Positions 50,770 through 60,184 of a DNA stretch of 64,000 nt are shown in pieces. Made by a program: the position numbers and the translations under genes. Positions within the stretch are counted from its first letter, which is position 1. Each line of letters opens with the position of its first letter. The stretch is from Promethearchaeota archaeon (GTDB lineage Archaea; Asgardarchaeota; Lokiarchaeia; Sigyniarchaeales; SOKP01). The notes under the pieces were generated by a model, which worked only from the letters and a program-made list of their open reading frames with translations, ran no database searches and had not been told where the DNA came from. The stretch covers positions 32,001 to 96,000 of the forward strand of contig JAHLWS010000070.1 in NCBI GenBank assembly GCA_019057795.1. The letters are read 5' to 3'.

Positions 50770-51730
50770 TTTTTTCTAAATTTCTAATTCTAATGATGGG
50801 AATTTTAATTTTTTTGAGAGAATCGGGTATTTTAATGTCATTGTTTACAATAAAAATAGAATTTTTTTGAAACAGTTCAGTAAACATTTTCAAACATTTA
50901 AAACCGAGCTCGTTAAGTTTTTTATCTTCTTCAGAAACTCCTGAAAAGAGAGGATAAACGCTACTTTCCTTATTTTCATCAATATTTTTTGAATATAACG
51001 ATAGTTTGAAAGGAATTGAACCTTTCTTGGACCAATAAGAACAAATTCCAATGTCATTCAAAACTTCTTGAAGATGAGATTCAAAAGAGTTCAGCATAAT
51101 ATCTTCTTGCAGGTCTTTTCGATCCATACTAAAATTGAAATTCCAATCAAAAATGTTAATTCTTCTAAAAAGATCATTACTTTCTAGTATTAATGAGATT
51201 TTATGAGCTATTTTTTCAGATGGTCGCATGCTTTCATTTTCATACGCACAGACAGTTCTTTTAGTAATTCCAAGTCTTCCAGATAGTTCTTTTCGTGAGA
51301 TTGCTTGTTTTTCTCTCAAAGATTTCATTAAATTACCGTTTAAAAACATAACGCCCCCTCCTCTTCTCGCTAGAATGTACGGATATAACTCTTTGCTGAG
51401 AATATTTTCTAAAGTAGTTAAAGTTATAAACGGCAACCCCTCTCTAATATAAATAGTGTTATCTTCTAATTTTTGATAACGATTTCTAATTCCTATTAAC
51501 AAGGGTTTAGATTTTAACAATAAGGATAAAGATTTAATATCGTTTATTGTATCAGCGTTTAAATTATCAATATTGGAAAAAATTTTTACGCTAAAAACTA
51601 AATCACTCTTTTTTACTAATAAGTCAAAACAAAACTTGTTTTTTTTATTAGAAAAGGAGTCTAAAATAAATGTCTCAAAATTAGCCCTTTTAAGCATATT
51701 ATCTATTTTTTCAAGTAGCGCTTCAATCAT
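50720..51730 (-). CDS. Archaeal HTH (XRE-type) transcriptional regulator
   Basis: CFDLL..., RRGGG, SRKELS..LGITKRTV..YE HTH. Confidence 0.8.
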   Translation of the reverse strand: MIEALLEKIDNMLKRANFETFILDSFSNKKNKFCFDLLVKKSDLVFSVKIFSNIDNLNADTINDIKSLSLLLKSKPLLIGIRNRYQKLEDNTIYIREGLPFITLTTLENILSKELYPYILARRGGGVMFLNGNLMKSLREKQAISRKELSGRLGITKRTVCAYENESMRPSEKIAHKISLILESNDLFRRINIFDWNFNFSMDRKDLQEDIMLNSFESHLQEVLNDIGICSYWSKKGSIPFKLSLYSKNIDENKESSVYPLFSGVSEEDKKLNELGFKCLKMFTELFQKNSIFIVNNDIKIPDSLKKIKIPIIRIRNLEKIDDEEEFVDLIQESGN

Positions 51731-51844
51731 TTATTCCCATTAATTAAAAGATAAATAGTTAAATAAATTTTTTTTATTATGAAATTATATTCGAACTTAA
51801 TTAATTTAATTGTTATTTTAATTTCTTTAAATAAAGATCAACCT

Positions 51845-52411
51845 TTATTTACTTGTAAGTTTAAGGAAATCAGCATCTGTTATAATTCCAATAAATTTAT
51901 TATTTTCTTTTACTAATACGGCAGGGTATTTAATTAATAAATTTGATATATCTTTAGCGTTCCAATTTTTTTCTACTTCTGGAAAGGGCAATTCTATGAT
52001 AGTTAAAATATCTGCGTTTATTAAATCTGGAGTTGTAGTTATATGTTTCTGAATTTTTTTAGCAGTTATACTTCCGAAATTATAGCTTTTTTCCAAAATC
52101 GGTATCTGTGAAAAATTATATTTACTCATTAGTTTTATTACTTCCTTTATGGTTGAATTTGGTGTTATAGATATTATCTTTGGAGTCATAATATCTTCTG
52201 CGTGCTTTTTTGATCTTTTTTTCTCCATTCGTTCATTTTCTAGGAATTCGATAATCTTTTTCACTTTAGAATAAGGTGGGTCCATGTCTCCATTTTCTAT
52301 TCTTGAGATTGTAGATTGCGAAATATCTAATTTCTCACCCAATTCTTTTTGGCTAATGTTTAATTTTTTTCTTAAATATTTAATTCGAGATAAATTTGGC
52401 AAAACTTCCAT
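51845..52411 (-). CDS. HTH-XRE plus CBS-pair transcriptional regulator
   Basis: SQKELG...SQSTISRIENG HTH; IMT...FSQIPI...GIITDAD CBS pair. Confidence 0.9.
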   Translation of the reverse strand: MEVLPNLSRIKYLRKKLNISQKELGEKLDISQSTISRIENGDMDPPYSKVKKIIEFLENERMEKKRSKKHAEDIMTPKIISITPNSTIKEVIKLMSKYNFSQIPILEKSYNFGSITAKKIQKHITTTPDLINADILTIIELPFPEVEKNWNAKDISNLLIKYPAVLVKENNKFIGIITDADFLKLTSK

Positions 52412-52447
52412 TTTAAAATGCGTAAAACTTATTTAGTATAATTTAAG

Positions 52448-52472
52448 TGCATATTTCATGCAATATATGCAT
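52448..52472. promoter_or_regulatory. Candidate operator (TGCA repeats/palindromes) in the divergent promoter
   Basis: TGCAT-N5-ATGCA followed by a further ATGCAT, between the regulator and mat. Confidence 0.35.
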
Positions 52473-52562
52473 ATTATTATCAGTAATTATTTATAATTAT
52501 CAGCAATTTAAAAAAACATAATAAAATAATTATTTATATAATTAAGAAAGAGTTTAATCAAA

Positions 52563-53804
52563 ATGTTGAAAATCACACGGGCTGACTTTTTACCTATTGA
52601 AAAAAGCAAATTTCCTGAAATTTGCGAAAGGAAAGGAATTGGGCACCCAGATAGCGTTTGCGACGCCGTTGCTGATGCTTGTTCGAGAGCGTTATGTGTT
52701 TACTATTTGGAACATTTCGATAGAGTGTATCATCACAACGTTGATAAGGCCGCCTTGGTTGGGGGTGTTGCCAAACCAGAATTCGGAGGAGGAATGATCA
52801 TTCAACCACAATATTTTTTAATAGTAGGAAGAGCTATACATCAAATTCTTACAGAATGTGGAACTAAGAGTAAATTGGAATACATACCCGTTGCTACTAT
52901 TTGTCTTGATACACAACGCCAAGTACTCGCAAAAATATTTAGAAACCTTGATTTAGCTAGAGATATACAATTCGATTATGCAGTTCGACCAGGGTCAATA
53001 GATTTAACCGGAGTTTTTGACGAGTCTCATCATTCGGAAGATATTCCCCTCTCAAATGACACAAGTTTTGGAGTAGGATACGCCCCATATTCAGACGTAG
53101 AAAAAATAACGTTAGAAGCAGAATACCTTATTAATTCTCCGAGCTTCAAGGATAAATGTAAGGGATCGGGTGAAGATGTTAAGGTAATGGTTGAAAGAAT
53201 TGATAACAAGGTTGGAATCACCGTTGCGGCGGCAATGGTCAGCAAGTACATCAACGACGCTGATGAGTATGTTAACTATACAAATCAAATTAAAGACGCT
53301 GTATTAGATTTAGCGGCTAAAATCATCCCAGAACGAGAAGTCACTTGCCAAGTAAATGTAGCAGATAACATAGAGAAAGGAATTTTGTATCTTACCATAA
53401 CGGGCACATCAGCTGAGGCAGGAGATGACGGTGAAGTAGGGCGTGGAAACAGGTCTAACGGGCTAATAACACCTTGCAGAACTATGAGTTTAGAGGCTGT
53501 TTGTGGAAAAAATCCTATTAATCACGTAGGAAAAATCTACAACATTCTAGGAACGGAGATCGCCAGAGAGATTTATAAAAGAGGAGAGGGTGACATTTTA
53601 GAGGCACATGTGAAACTTTTATCCCAAATCGGGCGCCCAATTACGGATCCATGGGTAAACTCAATAGAGTTAATTCCTGCTGAAAATGTAAATTTTGCTA
53701 GCATTGAAAAAATCGCTAAAGAAGTCTCAGAAGATTTGTTGAAAAAGGAAGCGATGATTGATCTAAGGAAGCGATTAATTGCAGGTAAAATACAAGTATT
53801 TTAA
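52563..53804 (+). CDS. mat: Archaeal-type S-adenosylmethionine synthetase
   Basis: [54 protein letters not shown]. Confidence 0.96.
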   Translation: MLKITRADFLPIEKSKFPEICERKGIGHPDSVCDAVADACSRALCVYYLEHFDRVYHHNVDKAALVGGVAKPEFGGGMIIQPQYFLIVGRAIHQILTECGTKSKLEYIPVATICLDTQRQVLAKIFRNLDLARDIQFDYAVRPGSIDLTGVFDESHHSEDIPLSNDTSFGVGYAPYSDVEKITLEAEYLINSPSFKDKCKGSGEDVKVMVERIDNKVGITVAAAMVSKYINDADEYVNYTNQIKDAVLDLAAKIIPEREVTCQVNVADNIEKGILYLTITGTSAEAGDDGEVGRGNRSNGLITPCRTMSLEAVCGKNPINHVGKIYNILGTEIAREIYKRGEGDILEAHVKLLSQIGRPITDPWVNSIELIPAENVNFASIEKIAKEVSEDLLKKEAMIDLRKRLIAGKIQVF

Positions 53805-53932
53805 TTTTTAAGTTTAGATTGGTAAAATTTTTTTGTTCTTTTTTTATATTAAATATTAGAACTAAATAGTAAAAAATACCTAAAAATTTTTGGTTAAATA
53901 ATTAAATTAACTAAAATTGATGTGAGTTAAGC

Positions 53933-54187
53933 TTGGGATTAGACAAGTGGATAAAAACAGAAGAAACTGCAAAAAAGCCAAAGATAAAAGATGATGTTAA
54001 AAAACCAAAAAAGCCTGAATCTAAGCCTAAAGAAAAAAAGGGTACAATAGGACTAAAAAATTTATTGAAATTCGACTTAGTGTGTCCAAAGGCAAAATGT
54101 AAATATCAAAAGACGATAAGAAAGAAAGAGTTAACAGATAAGGATAAAGTCTGCCCTAGATGTAAAAGTATAATGAAAATCAAGTAA
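53933..54187 (+). CDS. Small Lys-rich zinc-ribbon protein
   Basis: CPKAKC...CPRC; GTGAG upstream of TTG. Confidence 0.65.
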   Translation: MGLDKWIKTEETAKKPKIKDDVKKPKKPESKPKEKKGTIGLKNLLKFDLVCPKAKCKYQKTIRKKELTDKDKVCPRCKSIMKIK

Positions 54188-54190
54188 ATT

Positions 54191-54439
54191 TTAATTAGAA
54201 ATATCTTGTTCTAAAATATCTTTATCTGGTAGGTTTTCTAGATCAAATTGAGCTTCACAATTGGGGCATCGGTCTTTCTTTTTGCTATATTTTAAGATAA
54301 GATAAATGAAAATCCCAAACCCGCAAGTTAGAAGAACCATAAAGGCTAATACCTCGTGGTAAATGTGGTCAAAATTCTTTCTTCTTAGTACGATTTTCTG
54401 TTCACATGTAGGACAATAAACAATTTTTTTCCCCGTAAT
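54191..54439 (-). CDS. Unannotated 82-aa LITAF-like zinc-ribbon membrane protein (probable ATT start)
   Basis: YCPTC, then a hydrophobic segment of about 20 aa, then RCPNC; absent from the ORF track. Confidence 0.7.
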   Translation of the reverse strand: MTGKKIVYCPTCEQKIVLRRKNFDHIYHEVLAFMVLLTCGFGIFIYLILKYSKKKDRCPNCEAQFDLENLPDKDILEQDISN

Positions 54440-54692
54440 AATCGACCGCTTTTTGTTATTTTATATAATTAGATAGGTAAATCGTTAATTTAATTATTTT
54501 GTAGTGCAATCGGAAAATTCAAAATTAAAGCTAAAAAGCTATTTATTCTTCATTTTTCCACTTTATTAATTTATATTGAAATAAAAAAAAAATTGTAATA
54601 AACATAGGCTAAATATTATTAATGTTGAATTTTATATGTTTAATAATATTTTTCAAATTAATAATTAAAACGAATTAGATAAGGTTTTAACA

Positions 54693-55688
54693 ATGCCAAT
54701 ATGTTATCACTGTGGAGTTGAAGTCCCTGAAACATTCAAATGTACTAAATGTGGTCAAAATTATTGTTCTTTACATAAAAATCCTATTGATCACGAATGT
54801 AATATTGTAATCGAAAGTCAAAATTTACAACATTATCAACAATCACCTCCTACTTATGTTGAAAGCGCTCAAATTCCATTTTCTCAACAAGAAGATGCGT
54901 ATCAGCAACAATTAACCCCCAGCGAAGTGCGTGGAACGACAGATGGGTCTTATACGTGGTATCGACAAGAAAAATCAGTCCCCGAAAACGCTTTTGACCC
55001 CGATTCAGGAATTAAATTCAAAGGAATATTGTGGGCTCATAAATCAGAATTAATTCATTTTATAATTGGTTCTGCTCTAATTTTCATCATAGGTTTAATT
55101 AATTTTTACGATCCACAGTTATTCACTTTGGGTTATGGCTGGGCTATGTTTATGCTAGCGGGTTTTTATATGACTGCGTTTCTTTTTCACGAATTTGGGC
55201 ACCGTCAAGTTGCCGTGCATTTTGGTCTACAAACAAAATTCAGACTCCTTACTTTCGGAATGGTATTAACTGTTTTTGGTCTAATTTCTGGGTTAATGGG
55301 ATTGTTAACTAATTCACTAGCTTTTCCTTCATTGGCATTGCCTGGAGCCGTTGTTGTTTTAGGGTTAGAAAAAATAGATCGAAAGACAGGTTTATGCAAG
55401 GCTGCTGGCCCGTTGGTTAATCTTGTGTATGGGTCAATTTTATTAATTGTGTCTTTACTAATTCCAAAAACCTTGTATCCATTAAATTATTTTTTTGGAC
55501 TTGCTGCTTACCTGAATTACATGTTAGGGGCATTTAATATGATCCCAGTAGGGATTCTAGATGGTCAAAATATTTGGAAATGGAAAAAGAAAGTTTATTT
55601 AGGCTTAATGGGTTCACTGGGAGTATTGTTAGTTATAACAATTATTATTATTTATACGCCGTTAGGAGCGGCCATCTATTTTTCCTAA
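54693..55688 (+). CDS. AN1-type zinc finger plus M50 (site-2) intramembrane metalloprotease
   Basis: CYHC...CTKC...C..H..P..H.C; HEFGH; AGP; FNMIP...DG. Confidence 0.88.
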   Translation: MPICYHCGVEVPETFKCTKCGQNYCSLHKNPIDHECNIVIESQNLQHYQQSPPTYVESAQIPFSQQEDAYQQQLTPSEVRGTTDGSYTWYRQEKSVPENAFDPDSGIKFKGILWAHKSELIHFIIGSALIFIIGLINFYDPQLFTLGYGWAMFMLAGFYMTAFLFHEFGHRQVAVHFGLQTKFRLLTFGMVLTVFGLISGLMGLLTNSLAFPSLALPGAVVVLGLEKIDRKTGLCKAAGPLVNLVYGSILLIVSLLIPKTLYPLNYFFGLAAYLNYMLGAFNMIPVGILDGQNIWKWKKKVYLGLMGSLGVLLVITIIIIYTPLGAAIYFS

Positions 55689-55793
55689 TATTTAACGTTT
55701 ATTACAGTTTCAAGAGTAAAATTTTAAAAAAAATTATGAATGATAAAAGTCTTAAAATATTTATAAGTTAAAATTAAAAATTAAAGTCTTAAA

Positions 55794-56684
55794 ATGACAT
55801 TTTGCGAACATTGTGGTGAACCGATTAATTATTTACCTTTTAAATGTAAATATTGTGAAGGAGTTTATTGTAAAAAACACAGACTACCAGAGAATCATCA
55901 ATGTACTTTTGAAATAAAACATGGGCCTATTATCCCTTTAAATTTGAGAGAAGACCCTTCAAAAAGGGTTAATTCGCACGGAACTTCAACAGAATTTAAG
56001 AAATATATAAAAAGACAAGAAAAACAAAAGGAAAGAACAATAAGACAGTATAAAAGTTATGATATAAAAAAAACAAAAACTAGCAGTATAACATACTTAA
56101 TTATCGCGATTTTTATCATGTCCATAGCTGCTATGGTATACCCTTTATATTTGACCTTGAGTAGTTATAGCTTTTTCGAATTTTTTTTTTGGACATTTTT
56201 TACATCTCTTTTTGTTAGTTATACTTCTGATTTTTTTGGATTGTTTTTTCTAGCTATCTTAATACTATTTTTTTATATGATAATTAAAAATATAGAACGC
56301 GTATTTGGAACTAAATTTTTATTGCAATTGTATTTTATTTGCGCTATTTTTACGGGATTAGTTTACATTTTATTAATGCTCCTGTTACAATTGATTTATG
56401 GAAGTGGAGTTATTGTTCCATACGGTTTAGCCTCAGGAGCTCTATTAGGAGTCATATGTTTCATGATTTTTATGAACTGGAACCGAGAAATGACATTTTT
56501 AATATTCTTCCTTCCAATAAGAATGAAGGGACGAACTATAATAATTTTCTTAGTTTTATTAAAAGTTGTTCCAGGTCTATTATTTGCAATGGTTAATCCA
56601 TTTTATTTACTTGTTTATCTTCCTGATTTAGGAGGAATATTAGCGTCATACTTTGTTTACTACTTTAAATTTAAGTATCGATAA
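55794..56684 (+). CDS. AN1-type zinc finger plus rhomboid-like membrane domain (probably inactive)
   Basis: CEHC...FKCKYC...C.KHRLPENHQC; WTFFTSLF; LASGA; PDLGG at the usual AHLGG position. Confidence 0.8.
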   Translation: MTFCEHCGEPINYLPFKCKYCEGVYCKKHRLPENHQCTFEIKHGPIIPLNLREDPSKRVNSHGTSTEFKKYIKRQEKQKERTIRQYKSYDIKKTKTSSITYLIIAIFIMSIAAMVYPLYLTLSSYSFFEFFFWTFFTSLFVSYTSDFFGLFFLAILILFFYMIIKNIERVFGTKFLLQLYFICAIFTGLVYILLMLLLQLIYGSGVIVPYGLASGALLGVICFMIFMNWNREMTFLIFFLPIRMKGRTIIIFLVLLKVVPGLLFAMVNPFYLLVYLPDLGGILASYFVYYFKFKYR

Positions 56685-56700
56685 GAATAAAAGATTTAAA

Positions 56701-57357
56701 ATGCCAGAAGAAGGATTGTCAAAAATAATAGAATTAAACGAGGATTTAATCGAAAACAACGAGCGGTTAGCAGCCAAAAATAAAAAAGCTTTTAGTAAGT
56801 ATAATATTCGCTCGTTTGATATTGTTGGAGCTATAGGAGCTGGAAAAACTGCCCTTTTAGAATCTATATCAAAGAAGATTTCTAAAGAAAAAAGGGTTAT
56901 GGTAATAAATGGAGATGTAGCTACAAGAATTGACGCTGATCGCATAGAGAAACACGGTGTAAAAACCATACAAATTAATACAGGTCGAGAATGCGCTTTA
57001 AATTCTTATCATATCTCTCAAGTAATAAAAAATCACGATTTAAGCAATTACGACGTCGTTTTTATAGAAAACGTGGGAAATCTTATTTGTCCCTCAGATT
57101 TTATCTTAGGAACCGATAAGCGTATTGTAGTAGTTTCCATCACCGAAGGTCCATGGGTAATTCGGAAGCACCCCTTATTGTTTAAATTATCAGATATTGC
57201 GGTTATTAATAAGATTGATTTAATTGATGTGATTGATGTAAGTGTTGAAGATATGATCAAGGATGCCAAAGAAATAAATCCAAACATCAAAATAATTACA
57301 ACAAGTGCAATTACAGGAGAAAACATTCCCAACCTAATTCAAACCTTAGAAATATAG
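56701..57357 (+). CDS. hypB: Hydrogenase nickel incorporation GTPase HypB
   Basis: GAIGAGKT, GD, QINTGREC, ENVGNLICP, NKID. Confidence 0.9.
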   Translation: MPEEGLSKIIELNEDLIENNERLAAKNKKAFSKYNIRSFDIVGAIGAGKTALLESISKKISKEKRVMVINGDVATRIDADRIEKHGVKTIQINTGRECALNSYHISQVIKNHDLSNYDVVFIENVGNLICPSDFILGTDKRIVVVSITEGPWVIRKHPLLFKLSDIAVINKIDLIDVIDVSVEDMIKDAKEINPNIKIITTSAITGENIPNLIQTLEI

Positions 57358-57413
57358 GAGTTTAATATTTGTTTTGTACTTGTTAAATACAATGGAGGAG
57401 TATAAAACATTCT

Positions 57414-57627
57414 AAAAAAGAAAGGAAAATATGTGATACTTTTATAAAAAGCATCATTTTATGGTACTGCGTCTGCTTCCCCAGGCATCTTTTCTCACTT
57501 TGTTTGTTATGTGAATTGTTTTTAACTAATTCTTTTTTTAAATTTGAAACCGAAATGAAATGTTTATCCTAAGTTCTTTTAAAACAATTTATTAATTGAT
57601 AAAATTTATTTAAACCCCTAAAAAAAG
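57414..57627. repeat. Diverged direct repeat, copy 1 (about 214 bp)
   Basis: Aligns colinearly with 57787-58001. Confidence 0.9.
57459..57488 (-). CDS. Candidate 9-aa micro-ORF MPGEADAVP
   Basis: GTGAG before ATG; start, stop and length conserved in copy 2. Confidence 0.4.
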   Translation of the reverse strand: MPGEADAVP

Positions 57628-57786
57628 AGAGAGAACTTTTATTATTTAAAGTTAATATTAAAGAAAATTTTTTTTGATGTAATTTTATGCTAAATCGGAG
57701 GGGAGAATTGGGTTGATAAGCAGGTCTCGAAAATCCTTAACCGAGGGAAATTCCCCATATTTGTTTGTTATGAGTTTATTTATTAT

Positions 57787-58001
57787 AAAAAAGAAAGGAA
57801 AATATGTGATGTTCTTATAATAAACATCTATTTATGGTGTTGCACCTTCTTCCCCAGGCATTTTTTCTCACTTTATTTGTTATGTGAATTGTATTTAACT
57901 AATTTTTTTTTTAAATTTGAAGCCAAAATGGATGATTTGTGTTTAATTTTTTCAAGCTTATTTATTAAATTGAAAAAATTTATTTAAACTCCTAAAAAAA
58001 G
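57787..58001. repeat. Diverged direct repeat, copy 2 (about 215 bp)
   Basis: Aligns colinearly with 57414-57627. Confidence 0.9.
57832..57861 (-). CDS. Candidate 9-aa micro-ORF MPGEEGATP
   Basis: GTGAG before ATG; paralog of 57459-57488. Confidence 0.4.
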   Translation of the reverse strand: MPGEEGATP

Positions 58002-58182
58002 TAAAAAGTGATTAGCATAAGATAAACAACTTAGGCTTTTGGGGATTTATAAATATAATTTTTTATCAATGTAGGTCAAAACAATTCTAAATACTTTTCA
58101 TCGTCAAGTTTGGTGCTAAATGCTCCAGTGAAAAATGAAAGAAACTATAAGAAGTATTCTTCGATGAATATACAATGAAGTA

Positions 58183-59385
58183 TCATATTAAATCTGAGGG
58201 TAAAATTGGATTAACAAGAAGATATCGAAAATCTTTAACTGAAGGAGGCTCTCCGTACTTATGTTTTATGAGATTGCTTCCAAGGTGATATATAAAAGCG
58301 TTTTTTGAATAAACTGGGTTAGAGATTCTTTTAAGTTGATTTTTTATGTTCTCTTTACTAAAAATTTCAAAATTTGTTCCATATCGCATTAATTCCTCGT
58401 CGTTATATTTATCAATAAGCGCATGATATGCAAAATTATACCAAAAAAGCGTTATTTTCCCTTTTACTTTGTTTTGTGTCATCATTATTTCAAGAGAAAC
58501 TTCGTTTGATGAATCTGGACATAATTCTCGTAAACCAATTTCTACTGCTTCCCGATTTGAAAAGAGCACTTTTACTGCTAAATCTGCGATCCCTTCTGAG
58601 AGAATTAATTTAGGGCTATGTAGCAGTAGTATTGAGTGTTCAAATTGATTTAACTCGCGGTAAAACCTCTATTCTTTGACAATAAATTCTGTATGATGGC
58701 CAGGGTATCCCTCGTGAGTGGCAGCAGCCAGAAGTCCGGTCCAATACATGTTATAATTCGGATTAACTTCTATTCGGGAGCAAAGATTACCCAAGTACCA
58801 ATTGTAATAAGCCCATTTTACTTCATCGTTATTTTTGACTAATTCTAAAACAATTCGTTCTTTTTGAGGTAAGAAGTTGACAAATAACTCTTTAGTTCGC
58901 TCTCTCGTGATGTTGAGAGCTTTTTTAAATAATTCAAATACCTTACCCTCAGGAACAGTTCGTTGTATTCTTAAATCGTTTATTCGTTTTTCTAAACTTC
59001 CAAGACCACCATACGCTGCGTTAAACTCTTCTTTTAAGTTATCCAATTCGGATTCATTAGCTGGCTGTAAGGCCACATCATATAACCTTAAAAATTGTTC
59101 CTTAAAAGGTAATTTGACTCCGTTTAATATCTCGATCGAAGTCCTCATCGCTGTTAACATTTTTTCTAAGTATCGCTCGCGTTTTTTATCGTAACCTTGT
59201 TTAAATAAATTTTTTTGTAAAGCTTTACAATCGGTTAACAGTTTGCTTGGTGATGTTATAGCCTCATTGTCGACGATTTTCCGTAATTTTTTAGGACCAA
59301 TATAAAAATCGACATATCCCTTATTGTGTTTGTCTATGTGAAGTACTAAACGCAGAAATTTTCTTCCAAACACAGATAATTTCAT
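58183..59385 (-). pseudogene. DUF885-like (HExxxxH) protein with one in-frame TAG (pseudogene or readthrough)
   Basis: HEGYPGHH; TAG at 58671-58669; the same frame continues RFYRELNQFEHSILLLHSPKLILSEGIA into ORF 58183-58569. Confidence 0.7.
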
Positions 59386-59737
59386 AATAAAACCCAACAA
59401 TTTTGTCTTTGTAACTGTAAACTAAGTATTTTACTTACTAATAAATATTTAAGTTTTTAAATAAATCTCTTATCTGCTTACTTTTTTGAATTTCTCTTGA
59501 TTAGCTTTCAAAGTTAATTAGGATTTTCTCCAAGACCTAATTGCGAAACATCTATTTTATTATTAATCCTATAGGTTGATTTTTCAAGCGCAATAACAAG
59601 GGAAAACATTCCAAAATTAGTAGAAATATTGTTCTCCAATTAATTAAAGTAAAGTTGAAATGTAATATTTGAATTAAAAATAAAAGGAAATGACAATAAT
59701 ATTAATAATAATAAAAATTTATTGAAGGTGTTGATAT

Positions 59738-60157
59738 ATCAGTCTAAGACAATACAATACGGAATTAGGCTTGCTCATAGATAAGATTGTTAAAGTATAT
59801 CTAGAAAAAGACAAATTCTTTGTTGGCCAATTAAAGGGCGTTTCAGAAGATTCGAATTTGATTTTAAATAACGTGAAAAATGAAAAAGGTAAGGCATTCC
59901 CAAAACTAATGATTAGGAGTTCGTACTATCATTTTGTAACAGTTGAGGAAGAACCGTTTCCTATGCAAGCTTTGGCAGATAGAATTGCTACAATTTTTTC
60001 AAAAGGACATGTGAACTATATTGAAGATCAAAATATTATATCCATTTTGAATGGGAAAATTATAGTAGATGAGAACGGAGTGAGAGGAACTGGTCCTTCT
60101 GCTGATCGCGTAAAGAAGATATACGATCAATTTAATATCGATTTAGAAAAGGACTAA
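59738..60157 (+). CDS. Augmented Sm-like archaeal protein (SmAP3/Lsm with C-terminal domain), probable ATC start
   Basis: ELGLLIDKIVKV...G.L.G......NLIL Sm fold; C-domain VDENGVRGTGPSADRVKKIY. Confidence 0.85.
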   Translation: MSLRQYNTELGLLIDKIVKVYLEKDKFFVGQLKGVSEDSNLILNNVKNEKGKAFPKLMIRSSYYHFVTVEEEPFPMQALADRIATIFSKGHVNYIEDQNIISILNGKIIVDENGVRGTGPSADRVKKIYDQFNIDLEKD

Positions 60158-60184
60158 TTAATATCCTTATTTTTTTAAATTTTT

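Noticed and set aside
57710-57743. Second BHB intron in the structured element
   Set aside because: A UAAG/CUUA helix with one 3-nt bulge can be drawn, but the second flank has only one U-G pair and no interrupted gene is evident.
57414-58001. CRISPR array or IS element
   Set aside because: Only two long diverged copies; no repeat-spacer periodicity, terminal inverted repeats or transposase.
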